A program made the translations under genes and the position numbers. Shown one piece after another: positions 51,601 to 62,138 of a stretch of DNA of 64,000 bases. This DNA is from Owenia fusiformis. Its lineage: Eukaryota. Each line of letters starts with the position of its first letter. Positions within the stretch are counted from its first letter, which is position 1. The stretch is from NCBI GenBank assembly GCA_903813345.2, contig CAIIXF020000001.1, positions 44,640,001-44,704,000 on the forward strand, given 5' to 3'. The notes beneath the pieces were generated by a model, which saw only the letters and a program-made list of their open reading frames with translations, did not search any database and was not told where the DNA came from.

Positions 51601-54600
51601 CTGGTTCTTACTCCAAACATTTTCATACTGTTCTTGACAGGATTTTCTCTCCAAGTAAATGCATAATTACCCAAATGCGAGTAGGTAGTTACCAGTTTCA
51701 CCACCAGGTGGCTGATTCGGGTCAATTAACATGGCAGGTATATAAGAAAGTTCCCTTAAACTTGAATATTATCAATTTAAGTGGCTCAATTTTCATATAA
51801 CCCTTATGTGTCTGATACTTATACTAATGAAAATATGTCCAGTAAAGCAAAATAGTATCTGTCCACTCAAAGAAAAGATATTTCATTTTTTGTGATTTTA
51901 TAGCATGGGGTCTATGGGGAATCTCCCCGAGCTAGAAGTCACATTTTCAAAGAAAATTAATTTTTCAAAGTTGATAAACACTTTTTAAAACCACATTTCT
52001 AGATGTAATTTTACATGTAGATTTCAAATATGATATTACTTTGACTGAATTTTGAATTTTTAATGACGCAAATCAAGATTATTTCTACTCGCATCTGGGT
52101 TATTCTCATTTTCATAATTCTGACTAAAGTTTCAAATGGATGCAAACATTTTCTAAAAGTGGATGCAGCACCTACATGTACTTGTTCCAATGCTAGGGGA
52201 TTTTACTGCTTTACAGGGCCTTTACATACTCTTTGCATTCGTTTGACTTCACTTCTTAAAAGAGAGCTTCGTCTTCGTAGTTCAACTAGACTCTGCATGC
52301 AGGGTAGCCTTTACAATATGTAGTTCTTAAAATTAATGCATGTAACTAAATTTGTTTTGAAAGTTTTATTGAGCCTGCACCTCTGATAAGAATTTACACC
52401 ACCTGATCAAAATAACATAATGAACCAGTTGGGATGTTATTTTTCTAACCAAATGAAAAAACATATCAACACATAATTTGAATACTTCAATGTTAACCTG
52501 ATGGTAGAGCAGGCCTTAATGTGAATCATGCTTATAACCTTATGTTTTGGGAGGTCTTTACTTCAGCAACCAGGTTGCTACAAATCATTTGTTTAGCAGT
52601 GCCTTTTGGTTTTTATTTAATCCTTGCAATTTAATAAATCTTTTTTCATTTTAACATCTTTTTGCATTCGGAGAATAAAATATGTCAAAAATGGAAATAT
52701 TTCTTATTAAACAGGCATTTAACACATAGAGGCCTAACTCATGATTCACACAATCTTACATAAAAAATTGTGAAATCAATCATTTATAAATAAGAGTGGG
52801 AGGTCTGGATGCACAATAAAGCAAAACAATATTGACAATACTTCATAACTGAATGTGCATGGATGCCAGATAACAACTAAGAATAATATGCTAAGTGATC
52901 TGGAGAGAATCCATAGAAAAACAAGGTGAGAAATTAACTTGATGCAGTAGGTTTACCTATACAAACTTTTCAGTTTCAGCAGTTTGTATCTGTTATAAGA
53001 GAAATTAGCTTGGTGAAATCAAATGACCTTCTTTTTATGTGAATGGTTACCCTTTTTGTGTTTTCTCTACTCATTGTGTCAATGTTTAATCTGGACCATA
53101 TGTCAATTTGGTCTTGCTACCATGTGTAAATGGTCTACCTACACCATATGTCAGCAGTCCCCCTACCTTGTTTCATAGGTCTCCCAACCATGTGTCAACT
53201 GTCCACATATACCATGAGTCAAAGGTCCCCTTCCATGAATCAACGCTACCGAGTAAATTTTTATTCATCATTGGTCATTATTATTGGAATAGACAAAATG
53301 AACTATCGAAAATATGGTTTATTAGGCTGAGCCTTGCTAGCTTACACGATGTGCCAGTGGTTGAATATTCATAAAAGGAGTTAATCAATTTCCTATCTAT
53401 TAAGCTCTGTATTTGGGTAATTCTATGATTCCTGTATGTCTGTAATTGCCATATTCAAAATTGCCAAGATTCTCAGAACTTTTTGACCTGTTCCTTTCCT
53501 CATCAAAGTAATTTCCCAAGCCTATGGTTTTCGTATTCTAACATGTAATAACACTTTAGTAATACATTCATAACAGGCCTTATAAGTACTGTAAAAAGCA
53601 AATTAATATGTAATTAATCTAACTATGATGATAGATTAATAGAAATCTGTGTGAATGTTTCTACTGGTTTGATCATTAAAGATGATACATTTACTGAACT
53701 TCACAGAAACAGTCAAAAGATAGAGATATTAAAATATAGGGTTATTCATATAGAAAATAATCAAATTCATTTCCCCTGAATACAAACATTATAAGCTTGA
53801 GCAATGACTGAAGATTCAATGAAAAAAGCACATCTGGCAACTTTTGAAAAACCTAGATTGTAATTAAGAATTATCTCTTATTTAAGAGTGCAGAGAGAAA
53901 CAGCTCTTATAAAGGGTCACTGTGCAGATAGTGGTGTCAGTATTTGAGATCGACTGAATTTTTGTTGTAAAAAAACATTTATAAATACACAGACCTGAAG
54001 TTTAAGCAATAAGAATATATTAGTTCCACTTCATTCACTGTATTCAGACAAGAATGCATTAAAATGGGAATATAAAGTATGAACTTGAGCAAATGTATGT
54101 ACTGAGATCTGGATAAAGCTACTTGCATATAAATGTGTTATATGGATGTCTATTCTAAAATAGGTAACCTTTTCAACTAGAAACCCCTTCAAAATGACAA
54201 ATTTCTTCGAAATTTTGAAAACTAAAACGAGGCTGAGACGTGACCTTCCAATTTCGATTCGTAAAAAATGAAAAAATCTGAAGTTAAACAGTTTTGACAA
54301 AGATACTGCTATAAGTAAGGAAATCAAGCTCAATTATTGAGTAATATATAAGTTTAAATTGCATTTGATTCGATCATCTGTGAAAGAACTGAACTGAAGT
54401 CCGACTCGAGTCAAAATTTGAGTTGAAAACGGCAAAAATCAATTTTCAAGCGAATGATTATTCGAGTTGCCGATTTATCGTACCACCACAACTCTGAACT
54501 ACATGTAGAGGCTAAAGTTTTCTTGAAATCTCCATCATGGAGTATCCTCTTTGACATACTGAGTAAAACTGCATGGTGACCATATACCATTATACAAGTC

Positions 54601-54781
54601 TTCTCACACCCCGAGTACCCCACAAAGTAGAAAAATTATGATGCATCATCCCTTTGGCACAGCTTAGACATTCACAAGAACTAATAATGATATGGCTATC
54701 ATGAAGACAATTTTAGCAGTGAATCAATTATAATGTACATTCAAAAATCACAGCAATTTCTCATATATAGGCTTTGTATAA

Positions 54782-55298
54782 TGTAACGACCCTGGATCGC
54801 AAGTTGCTACTACAGCTCAGCTGTGGTAGTCCTTCTGGCTCAGTGGTAGAGCATGAGCCTTTGAATCAAAAATCCTGGGTTTGCTTCCAGGAGGGAACAC
54901 TGAATTTAACACACTCTCTTTCATAACAGTCTGAATCTCGCTTGTTGTATTATAGCTTCCCTGAATGTACTGTCAGGTTGTTACATGTACATGGGTGTCA
55001 GATGTAGGATTTGCTTTTGGGTATATCCTGGGTGAGTCACGACAGGTCGTCGTCCTTCATTGGGGGGATGGTAACGACCCTGGATAGAAAGTTGCTACTA
55101 CAGCTAACAGTGGTAGCTATCCCTTATGGCTTAGCGGTAGCTCATCAGGCCTCGGACCGGAAGGTGCTAGTTTAATTCCTGGGAGGCCTGAATTTAGCAC
55201 ATTTCCTTTTAATATATCTAGCTTGCCTAGCTTGTTACGTTACAGCTTCCCTGAGGTTACCATATTCTATGGCCACTGAGCATTCTTGAGTCGTTACA
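54782..55298 (+). mobile_element. TRIM (miniature LTR retrotransposon) with tRNA-like sequence inside both LTRs, Helenus-like
   Basis: LTR1 54782-54985 TGTAAC..GTTACA; PBS-like TGGGTGTCAGATGTAGGAT at 54992-55010; PPT GGGGGGA at 55062-55068; LTR2 ~55070-55298 GTAACGACCCTGGAT..GTTACA; flanks ATAA/ATGA. Confidence 0.8.
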
Positions 55299-55616
55299 AT
55301 GAATATTATAGAAGGATTACAGGGGGAGATTTATACTAATTCAATCAGTGAGTCACTATCAACCTGGCTCTTCATGAATAGAAAATAGGAAAAATAGGAA
55401 TAGTTGAGTCTTCCTACTCATAGAACAACACAAATTAGAGATCAATACCAGACTATGTGAATGAATCATTATAAACTCAAAGCACACAATGTATTCAAAA
55501 TATTCATCAGAAATACATAGGATACATACACATGAATGCTACGATGCTAAAAACATAAGTTCAAAACTTCAAAACATCGAAAAATTGAAAAATAAAAAAA
55601 ATTAGAAAAAACTCAC

Positions 55617-55677
55617 CTGAATCTTTTAGAATATCAATTGTGATCAAAATCAAGGTAAACCGTGTAATCTGATACAT
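55617..55677 (-). CDS. RPTP exon 1 (putative signal peptide MYQITRFTLILITIDILKDS)
   Basis: ATG at 55677, hydrophobic core, strong CAG|GTGAGT donor, phase 1 matching next exon; CpG-richer region upstream. Confidence 0.65.
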
Positions 55678-55739
55678 TCTTCTAGTCCTCTATTGTATTT
55701 CCTAATGTTTGGTGATGTCTAAATCCATTTTCGGTTTTA

Positions 55740-56140
55740 AATAGCTTGATTAGACCACTTTTCGTCGAAATATTTACTTTTGCTTCCTTGTTCAATTTTT
55801 CAAAGTTGAAATCAGGTCTGCTGCGGTCGGTGGATTAATAAATATTAATCATTGACGACAAACACCTGCTAGTTGGACGCCGTGTCGCTACAGCGAGAAC
55901 ACTCGTCAATATCACTGCGCCGTAGAGCAAAGATCTTCAAATTAATCACTAAGGAACAGAGGTTAACAGAGAATGCAGTGGGTCCTCGTTTTACAAACTA
56001 TAACTGAGTTCTGATGATAGCATTGGCTCAAGTACCCTTTGCATTCGTGCGTCTTCACTTCTCAAAAGACAAGAGCTTCCTCTTTATAACAAGAGACTGC
56101 GCCGGCTCTGCGCGGAGGGCGGGGCGGGCCGTATCTGAGA
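55740..56140 (-). promoter_or_regulatory. Candidate promoter/5'UTR region of the RPTP gene
   Basis: Locally CpG-richer sequence directly upstream of putative exon 1; GC boxes GGGCGGGGCGGG near 56117. Confidence 0.35.
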
Positions 56141-56246
56141 TATGTCAACCAATGTTTCATAATTGTCTTAACAGCCGTGTTAACGATTTATTAGGGTGCG
56201 TAATTGTGATCAGTAGTAATTCACGTAGGTTGTATGCCCGGGGTTG

Positions 56247-58370
56247 CAGGGGCGAATCTGGGCACCAACAAGGGGGAGGGGGGGGGGGGCCAAATTTTAG
56301 GTCAGAAAAAAAGTGGGCCCAAATTGTAAAATGTTGAGGACCATTTTCTTCAAAATGTGGCCTGAAATTAAAAAATAAGGCTTTAAAAGGCCCTGTAATG
56401 ACCGAAAATGCCCACTTTTTGCTGTTTTTACTCAAAAGAATTTTGGGCCCAATTTTTTTCTGGGCCCACCCAAGGGGTGGGGGCGGGCCCCCAGGCCCTA
56501 TTTGATTTAGGCATACCCTTCCCAAAATGATAGGCGAAAAATATTTTTCGGGGATAGTAAGGTGTGCAAACCTATAGGTTTCATAGATAGTGCGATCGCA
56601 CCCCGCCCCCCCCCCATAACCAATAAAAATGAAACCGGGAGAAAGAAGAGGAACGAGTTTTACGAAAATGCTTTTTATTTGAAGCTTCTGGCTCAATTTT
56701 GAAGGAAGTTGCATCAATTTTTGTAAATTCAAAATAAATCTTATTTTTGGCTTGTTTATGTCACAATCGCACCCCCTGACTGAAAACCGAGATTTTTTGG
56801 CGACCTGACTGAAAGCTGGCTACGCCCCTGGGTCTAGTCCGTATTTTGCTACTTATGTAAGTTCCGATTTTTTAAAAGGAAACGTACTTTCTTTGTTCAC
56901 TGAAGAATAAATGGATGTATATATTTTTAACTTTTTTTTAACTTAGAGAAAGTGCGAAGAAAGCGTCTCTCCGTCTGCCTGCATTGTGTAGATTGTCGTG
57001 CATTAGATCATGGTCTTTCAACAGAGAGATCGCCAATGATTACTAGATTTAAAGGATTAAAAATATTGTAGGGCTTACCATTCTGATACTCATCAGACTC
57101 ATAGCATCTTTCTGTTTCACCTCTCAGGCCTGAGAAGAAATGAGATGTCATGGTTTACTATGATGATGGTGTACAGTACTAGTAAAAGAGTATTCATTTT
57201 GCAAGATATTTGATTTGAACTGTCATCATCACGAACATATAGCCCCAGTAAAACAATTTCAAGGACTGAAAAACGATTAGTTTACGCTGCGCTGGGCGTA
57301 ACTAAATTTCAGTTTTGGAATGGATCAATTCTCTGGAGAATATAATTATTGACATTGAAAAGCTTGCTTTTTATACTAGTTTTCACTAAGCTGCATCGTG
57401 TGCATATACTCACGCCCGTTGATCGAAAAATGAACAGAAGGGGTAACCGATTTCAGCTAAAAATCTCGAAATTGTCTTCCTTGGAGAGAAGTTTATACAG
57501 GCGCAGCATCATCAACGTGCAAATAGTCAATGTTTTTCCAAGCAACAATGGTCTAGCTACCACAAAAGTAAAAGTGGCGTTGTTTTCATTAAGCTTAATG
57601 TCACTGTTGTCATTTAAAGATAAGTCTCCATACGCCGGAGTACACCCCTTCACAGCATGTGAATAAAAAGTTAAGGATGCTGAGATCATGCCGGCATGAG
57701 ATTGAGCTCAAATAATGTAATATATACTATACTTTTCCCTTTGAAACGAATACCAGACCGAGTCATGAAAACAAATCACGACTATCCCAAACAATGATCT
57801 AACATAAAAAGAAACATTGATATTCAGGCCCGACGCCAGGAGGGGGGGGGGGGGGGCTCCCCCAGCAAATCCTGTGGCTACGGGCCCTATGGCGGATCAG
57901 TTTTAGGGGCCCAAAATTTTTTTCCACGCAAGCGCGGATGGTTTTTCTCTGACCTCAAATTTGGGCCCCCCCCCGTTGCTGGTTCCTGGATCCGCCACTG
58001 GGGCCTGCTATTAATCAGAGGCATATGAAGGATAAATTCAAAGCTGTCCTGAAAAGAAAACACCCCCACTATCTGTGTAACAATGATAAAATGCAGACTC
58101 CAATCGAAGAAATGTAGATATTTTCTTTTCAGGAATTGTACTATCAGTACCATGCCTGCGCTATTGATTGTTGGTCTTTTGACAAAAACGGGGTATGGCA
58201 CTGGCGGATCCAGATGTTAACAAGGGGGTCCAAATTTTGAGTTATCCAAAATTTAAGGCCCATTTTTGGTAGGCCTAAGCTACTTCAAGCCCAAATTTTC
58301 AACCCCAACATTTCTTGGACCCTAAATTTTTTCTGGGCCCACAAAAAAGTGGGGTGAGGGGGCGTCCGCT
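56247..58370. mobile_element. Cluster of short GC-rich hAT-like MITE fragments
   Basis: Termini CAGGGGCG / CGCCCCTG / GGATCCGCCACTG with poly-G and GGGCCCAAA(A)TTT motifs at ~56247, 56830, 57825, 57998, 58199. Confidence 0.55.
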
Positions 58371-58492
58371 ACTAGTGTATGGAAGATTTTTTAGTCAGTG
58401 TAACTTATGCATGGGCTCTACCACCTGATAGAGCCCATGGTGTATGGGTAGGCCCGTGGAAGAGGTTATGTTTGATTCCTTGCACAGATATT

Positions 58493-59771
58493 GGCCAGAT
58501 CGTTTTGTAGTAGGATCTCATAGGCTCAAAGAATAATACAGGAATATTTATTGAGCTACTGATCCCATGTATATCCAAAATTATGGCATATTCTATACTT
58601 TCTATACTTTCGAACTGCTTTTTTTAAATGATACTTTTTTCAGTCTTAGACGATTGGACTCTCTAAAGTCTATACATGTCTATACTTTCTATACTGTCTA
58701 TCCTTTGATTTTGGTGAATTCCCTATGTCTATACTTTCGATACTTTCGATACTGTGACTTTCGATACTTTCTATACATTGTAAAACAATATGTGGCGTCA
58801 TAAGTTTCTTGGTCACTTTCGATTTTGGTGAATTGCCTCAATCTGATTTGTCGAAGACAGTTATGGGGAAAAGCAGATCGAAAGTATAGAAAGTATAGAA
58901 ACTATAGACATCTGATTTGTCAAAGACAGTTATGGGGAAAAGCAGATCGAAAGTATAGAAAGTATAGAAACTATAGACATCTGATTTGTCGAAGACAGTT
59001 ATGGGGAAAAGCAGATCGAAAGTATAGAAAGTATAGAAACTATAGACATTTGATTTGTCGAAGACAGTTATGGGGAAAAGCAGATCGAAAGTATAGAAAG
59101 TATAGAAACTATAGACATCTGATTTGTCTAAGACAGTTATAGGAAAAAGCAGATCGAAAGTATAGAAAGTATAGAAACTATAGACATATGCTTTGTCAAA
59201 GGCAGTTAGTATGAAAGGGCATTTCGAAAGTATAGAAACTATAGACATCTGATTTGTCGAAGACAGTTATGGGGAAAAGCAGATCGAAAGTATAGAAAGT
59301 ATAGAAACTATAGACATCTGATTTTTCGAAGACAGTTATGGGGAAAAGCAGATCGAAAGTATAGAAAGTATAGAAACTATAGACATTTGATTTGTCGAAG
59401 ACAGTTATGGGGAAAAGCAGATCGAAAGTATAGAAAGTATAGAAACTATAGACATCTGATTTGTCTAAGACAGTTATAGGAAAAAGCAGATCGAAAGTAT
59501 AGAAAGTATAGAAACTATAGACATATGCTTTGTCAAAGGCAGTTAGTATGAAAGGGCATTTCGAAAGTATAGAAACTATAGACATCTGATTTGTCAAAGG
59601 CAGTTGGTATGAAAAAGCAGTTCGAAAGTATAGAAAGTATAGAAACTTCGAAGGCAGATAGTATGAAAAAGGAGATCGAAAGTATAGAAAGTATAGACAA
59701 TGTATAGAAAGTATAGACATTGCCATAATTCTGGATATACCTCACTGATCCTACTACAAAAGAATCTGGCC
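58493..59771. mobile_element. Inverted-repeat-bounded (foldback-like) element containing a 69-bp tandem array
   Basis: GGCCAGATCGTTTTGTAGTAGGATC..GTATATCCAAAATTATGGCA mirrored by TGCCATAATTCTGGATATAC..GATCCTACTACAAAAGAATCTGGCC; array at ~58840-59700. Confidence 0.75.
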
Positions 59772-60443
59772 GGGATCTATGATTCCTTGAAACCGTATAA
59801 AATCGACTGCGACATCTATATATCAATATATCATTTAAAAATAACAATTGGAGAGATAGTGACACCGTCACGTGCTGCCACCTTTAAATAAGAATTGCCA
59901 GATGACGCTGAATAAATCAATAAATTTGATTGGGCGATTTAGGTAAGTAAATAATTATCTAATAAAAATACGTTTAATAAATTAAATATATATTTTTTGA
60001 CATTACTAACATTTATTCAAATCAGATTTTGTCATAGAGAGTAGATAGAGAAACATAGAATTTGACAGTTTATTCACTTCATCTGCTCCAGGAAGTCACT
60101 GATTCAGAAATATTTATATTTCTCCCATTACTCCAGTTATTAGTCAACCAGTGGACATTTCGCTTGTAAACAGCATGTGGATAATTGCCTGAAATAGGGT
60201 TCTACACACTGATAATTTGGTAAGTGTGAAAAGCTCATTTTAGTCCATAAGTTATAGACTTACTTCTGATTTATAATTTCCTTGACAACTTTCACTTTGG
60301 CCTTCAAAGAGCTATTTCTCTTCAAGGAAAGACTCTGGAATTCAACTTCAGGGTCAGTTAGAGTTACTTGAGTCTTTAGTCAATTTATCTAGTGCCAAGA
60401 CAATAGTTCTGAGAATGTTCAATCTTATCCTGTGCCAGGACTA

Positions 60444-61271
60444 CTACTTTTTTCATGGCCTGACTTCGTCGCTAACATGCTAAATATAAGAGTTAGCTGA
60501 CGTATGGGAGTCTGACTTACCTTCTAAAGGTTAGAAACCGAATCTTAATGAAACCATATCACCTTTGTTCCGTCAACCATGGAGCATTTGCCACAACATC
60601 CAAGAGGTAAATCATGGACCGAGAAAATGAATGATTTCCTTGTAAGTTCCGGAAGTTTCAATACGAAAAATTACCGAACATATGTGAAAACCGAATATTT
60701 GTTCGTTGTTTTCACGATTTACAGGTTCGTTTGTCCTTCAATGTTTTGGTCTAAATTATAAAGCATCACCAACAGGTCTTACTCTATTAATCGACTAATA
60801 CAGCAGACGGCTCATATTTCTACGTAGCATTTCATTCAGACCAATAGTGGGGAGTGTAGATCACGCAGTTTCGTTCGTTGCGTACTTCACTTGAAATTGG
60901 TAATTTTAAATATTGACTACTTCACTTAGCTTGGTGGATGTAGAACATTGCTTAATATTCTTTTAATTTTCACACCAGACATGCTTGGTTGACACGTCAA
61001 CAAAGTAAAGTTCAAGGGTCAATGCGTTATTTCGTGATAACTACAACGCCTTCCCGGAAGTCAACATTGATGAAAAATGGAAAAGTCGGAAAAGCATTTA
61101 CACTAATTTCTATCAAATGCTATGTTTATGCATCATCATCGACGCAACAAAGGTGATATGGTTTCATTAAGATTCGGGTTCTAACCTTTAGAAGGTAAGT
61201 CAGACTTCCAAACGTCAGCTAACTCTTACATTTAGCATGTTAGCGACGAAGTCAGGCCATGAAAAAAGTAG
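60444..61271. mobile_element. MITE with ~130-bp TIRs and TA target duplication
   Basis: TA|CTACTTTTTTCATGGCCTGACTTCGTCGCTAACATGC ... GCATGTTAGCGACGAAGTCAGGCCATGAAAAAAGTAG|TA. Confidence 0.9.
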
Positions 61272-61910
61272 TATAGTCCTGAGAACATCTCAATCTTTTG
61301 CCTGTATGATTACAACATGGGAGAATTTTCTACGCCTCTTACACTTTAGATACCTACTCCTATTCTTTTCATGTCGTTGAATGCACAATTATCTGGTTTT
61401 ATCGGCAGAATGAAGAAATTTTCGTTTTTGATCCCAATATTTGCGTGTAATTTCAACCGTCAAATTCCTCCATTCCATTCCAGTGTTATGAGGATTTCGA
61501 TAAATGAAAAGTTAATTTGTTTAACTTCCTGCTTTTTCACTTAAATATTATGTCTAATATATCACGAAATTTGATTTCCCTGCAATTCGGTAGTTCAGAT
61601 GAAACCAGTGATGTGGAATTAATCGAGGAATCTGGGATTTCATGCAGAATTTGGCGTGGAATTTGACTTTTTCATGCAGAATATCTGCTTAGAATTTGGA
61701 TTTTTCTCATGCGGAAAACTAGAATGTGTGATCTATTGGTAAATCAGAACTCTGCAGCGCCAGACCCAGATGTTTATAAGGAGATTCCCCTTCTAAAACC
61801 TACAGCCATCTTGAAAAGAGGTGGAGTCTTTCTTGTTTAAGAAAATGTCCTCGTTCTGCCGATCACTACATAAAAAGAATGCTAAAATACCCTGGAATTT
61901 ATTTAGGTAG

Positions 61911-62138
61911 CAGGGCTCCCACCAGAAAATATTTAGGGTGTGGTGCTAACATCTTCAGAATGACCGTTCAGTCGTGATAAACCATATTTATGTTATGTTT
62001 TATCCTTTTTACATGCTATTATTGTATATTCAGTCAAGTTAAGACTGTGGAAACAGTCATGATTTGCCAATAGGGTGTGGAGGGAGCTAAATAGAGTGTG
62101 GTGTTGCGCCACAGTCTAAAAGCCTGGCGAGAGCCCTG
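61911..62138. mobile_element. hAT-like MITE
   Basis: CAGGGCTCCCACCAG ... CTGGCGAGAGCCCTG; TAGGTA on both flanks, though not exactly in 8-bp register. Confidence 0.55.

Larger units (their letters stand above)
1..55677 (-). other. Receptor-type protein tyrosine phosphatase gene (signal peptide - F-type lectin - EGF-like - FN3 x6 + membrane-proximal domain - TM - PTP D1 - partial D2); 3' end outside window
   Basis: 27 exons joined by GT-AG introns with matching phases give an uninterrupted 1456-codon frame containing KNRF, DYINA, YIAAQGP, DFWRMLW, KCEQYWP, WPDH, HCSAGVGRSG and QTLDQY PTP motifs. Confidence 0.93.

Noticed and set aside
54829..54899. Functional tRNA gene
   Set aside because: Degenerate B box/T-arm and anticodon arm; embedded in an LTR-like repeat
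56014..56732. 191-aa and 107-aa Pro/Gly-rich ORFs
   Set aside because: Arise from poly-G/C tracts of MITE fragments; no recognisable domain
31223..59887. TTAAAGGTGGCA ... TGCCACCTTTAA as the ends of one giant Kolobok element capturing exons 1-2
   Set aside because: Match is only ~8 bp beyond TTAA over 28 kb; more simply two independent remnants or chance
58825..59891. Repetitive ORFs (RKYRKYRNYRH / YSFYTFYTF)
   Set aside because: Translations of a 69-bp satellite whose unit length is a multiple of 3; no splice or domain evidence
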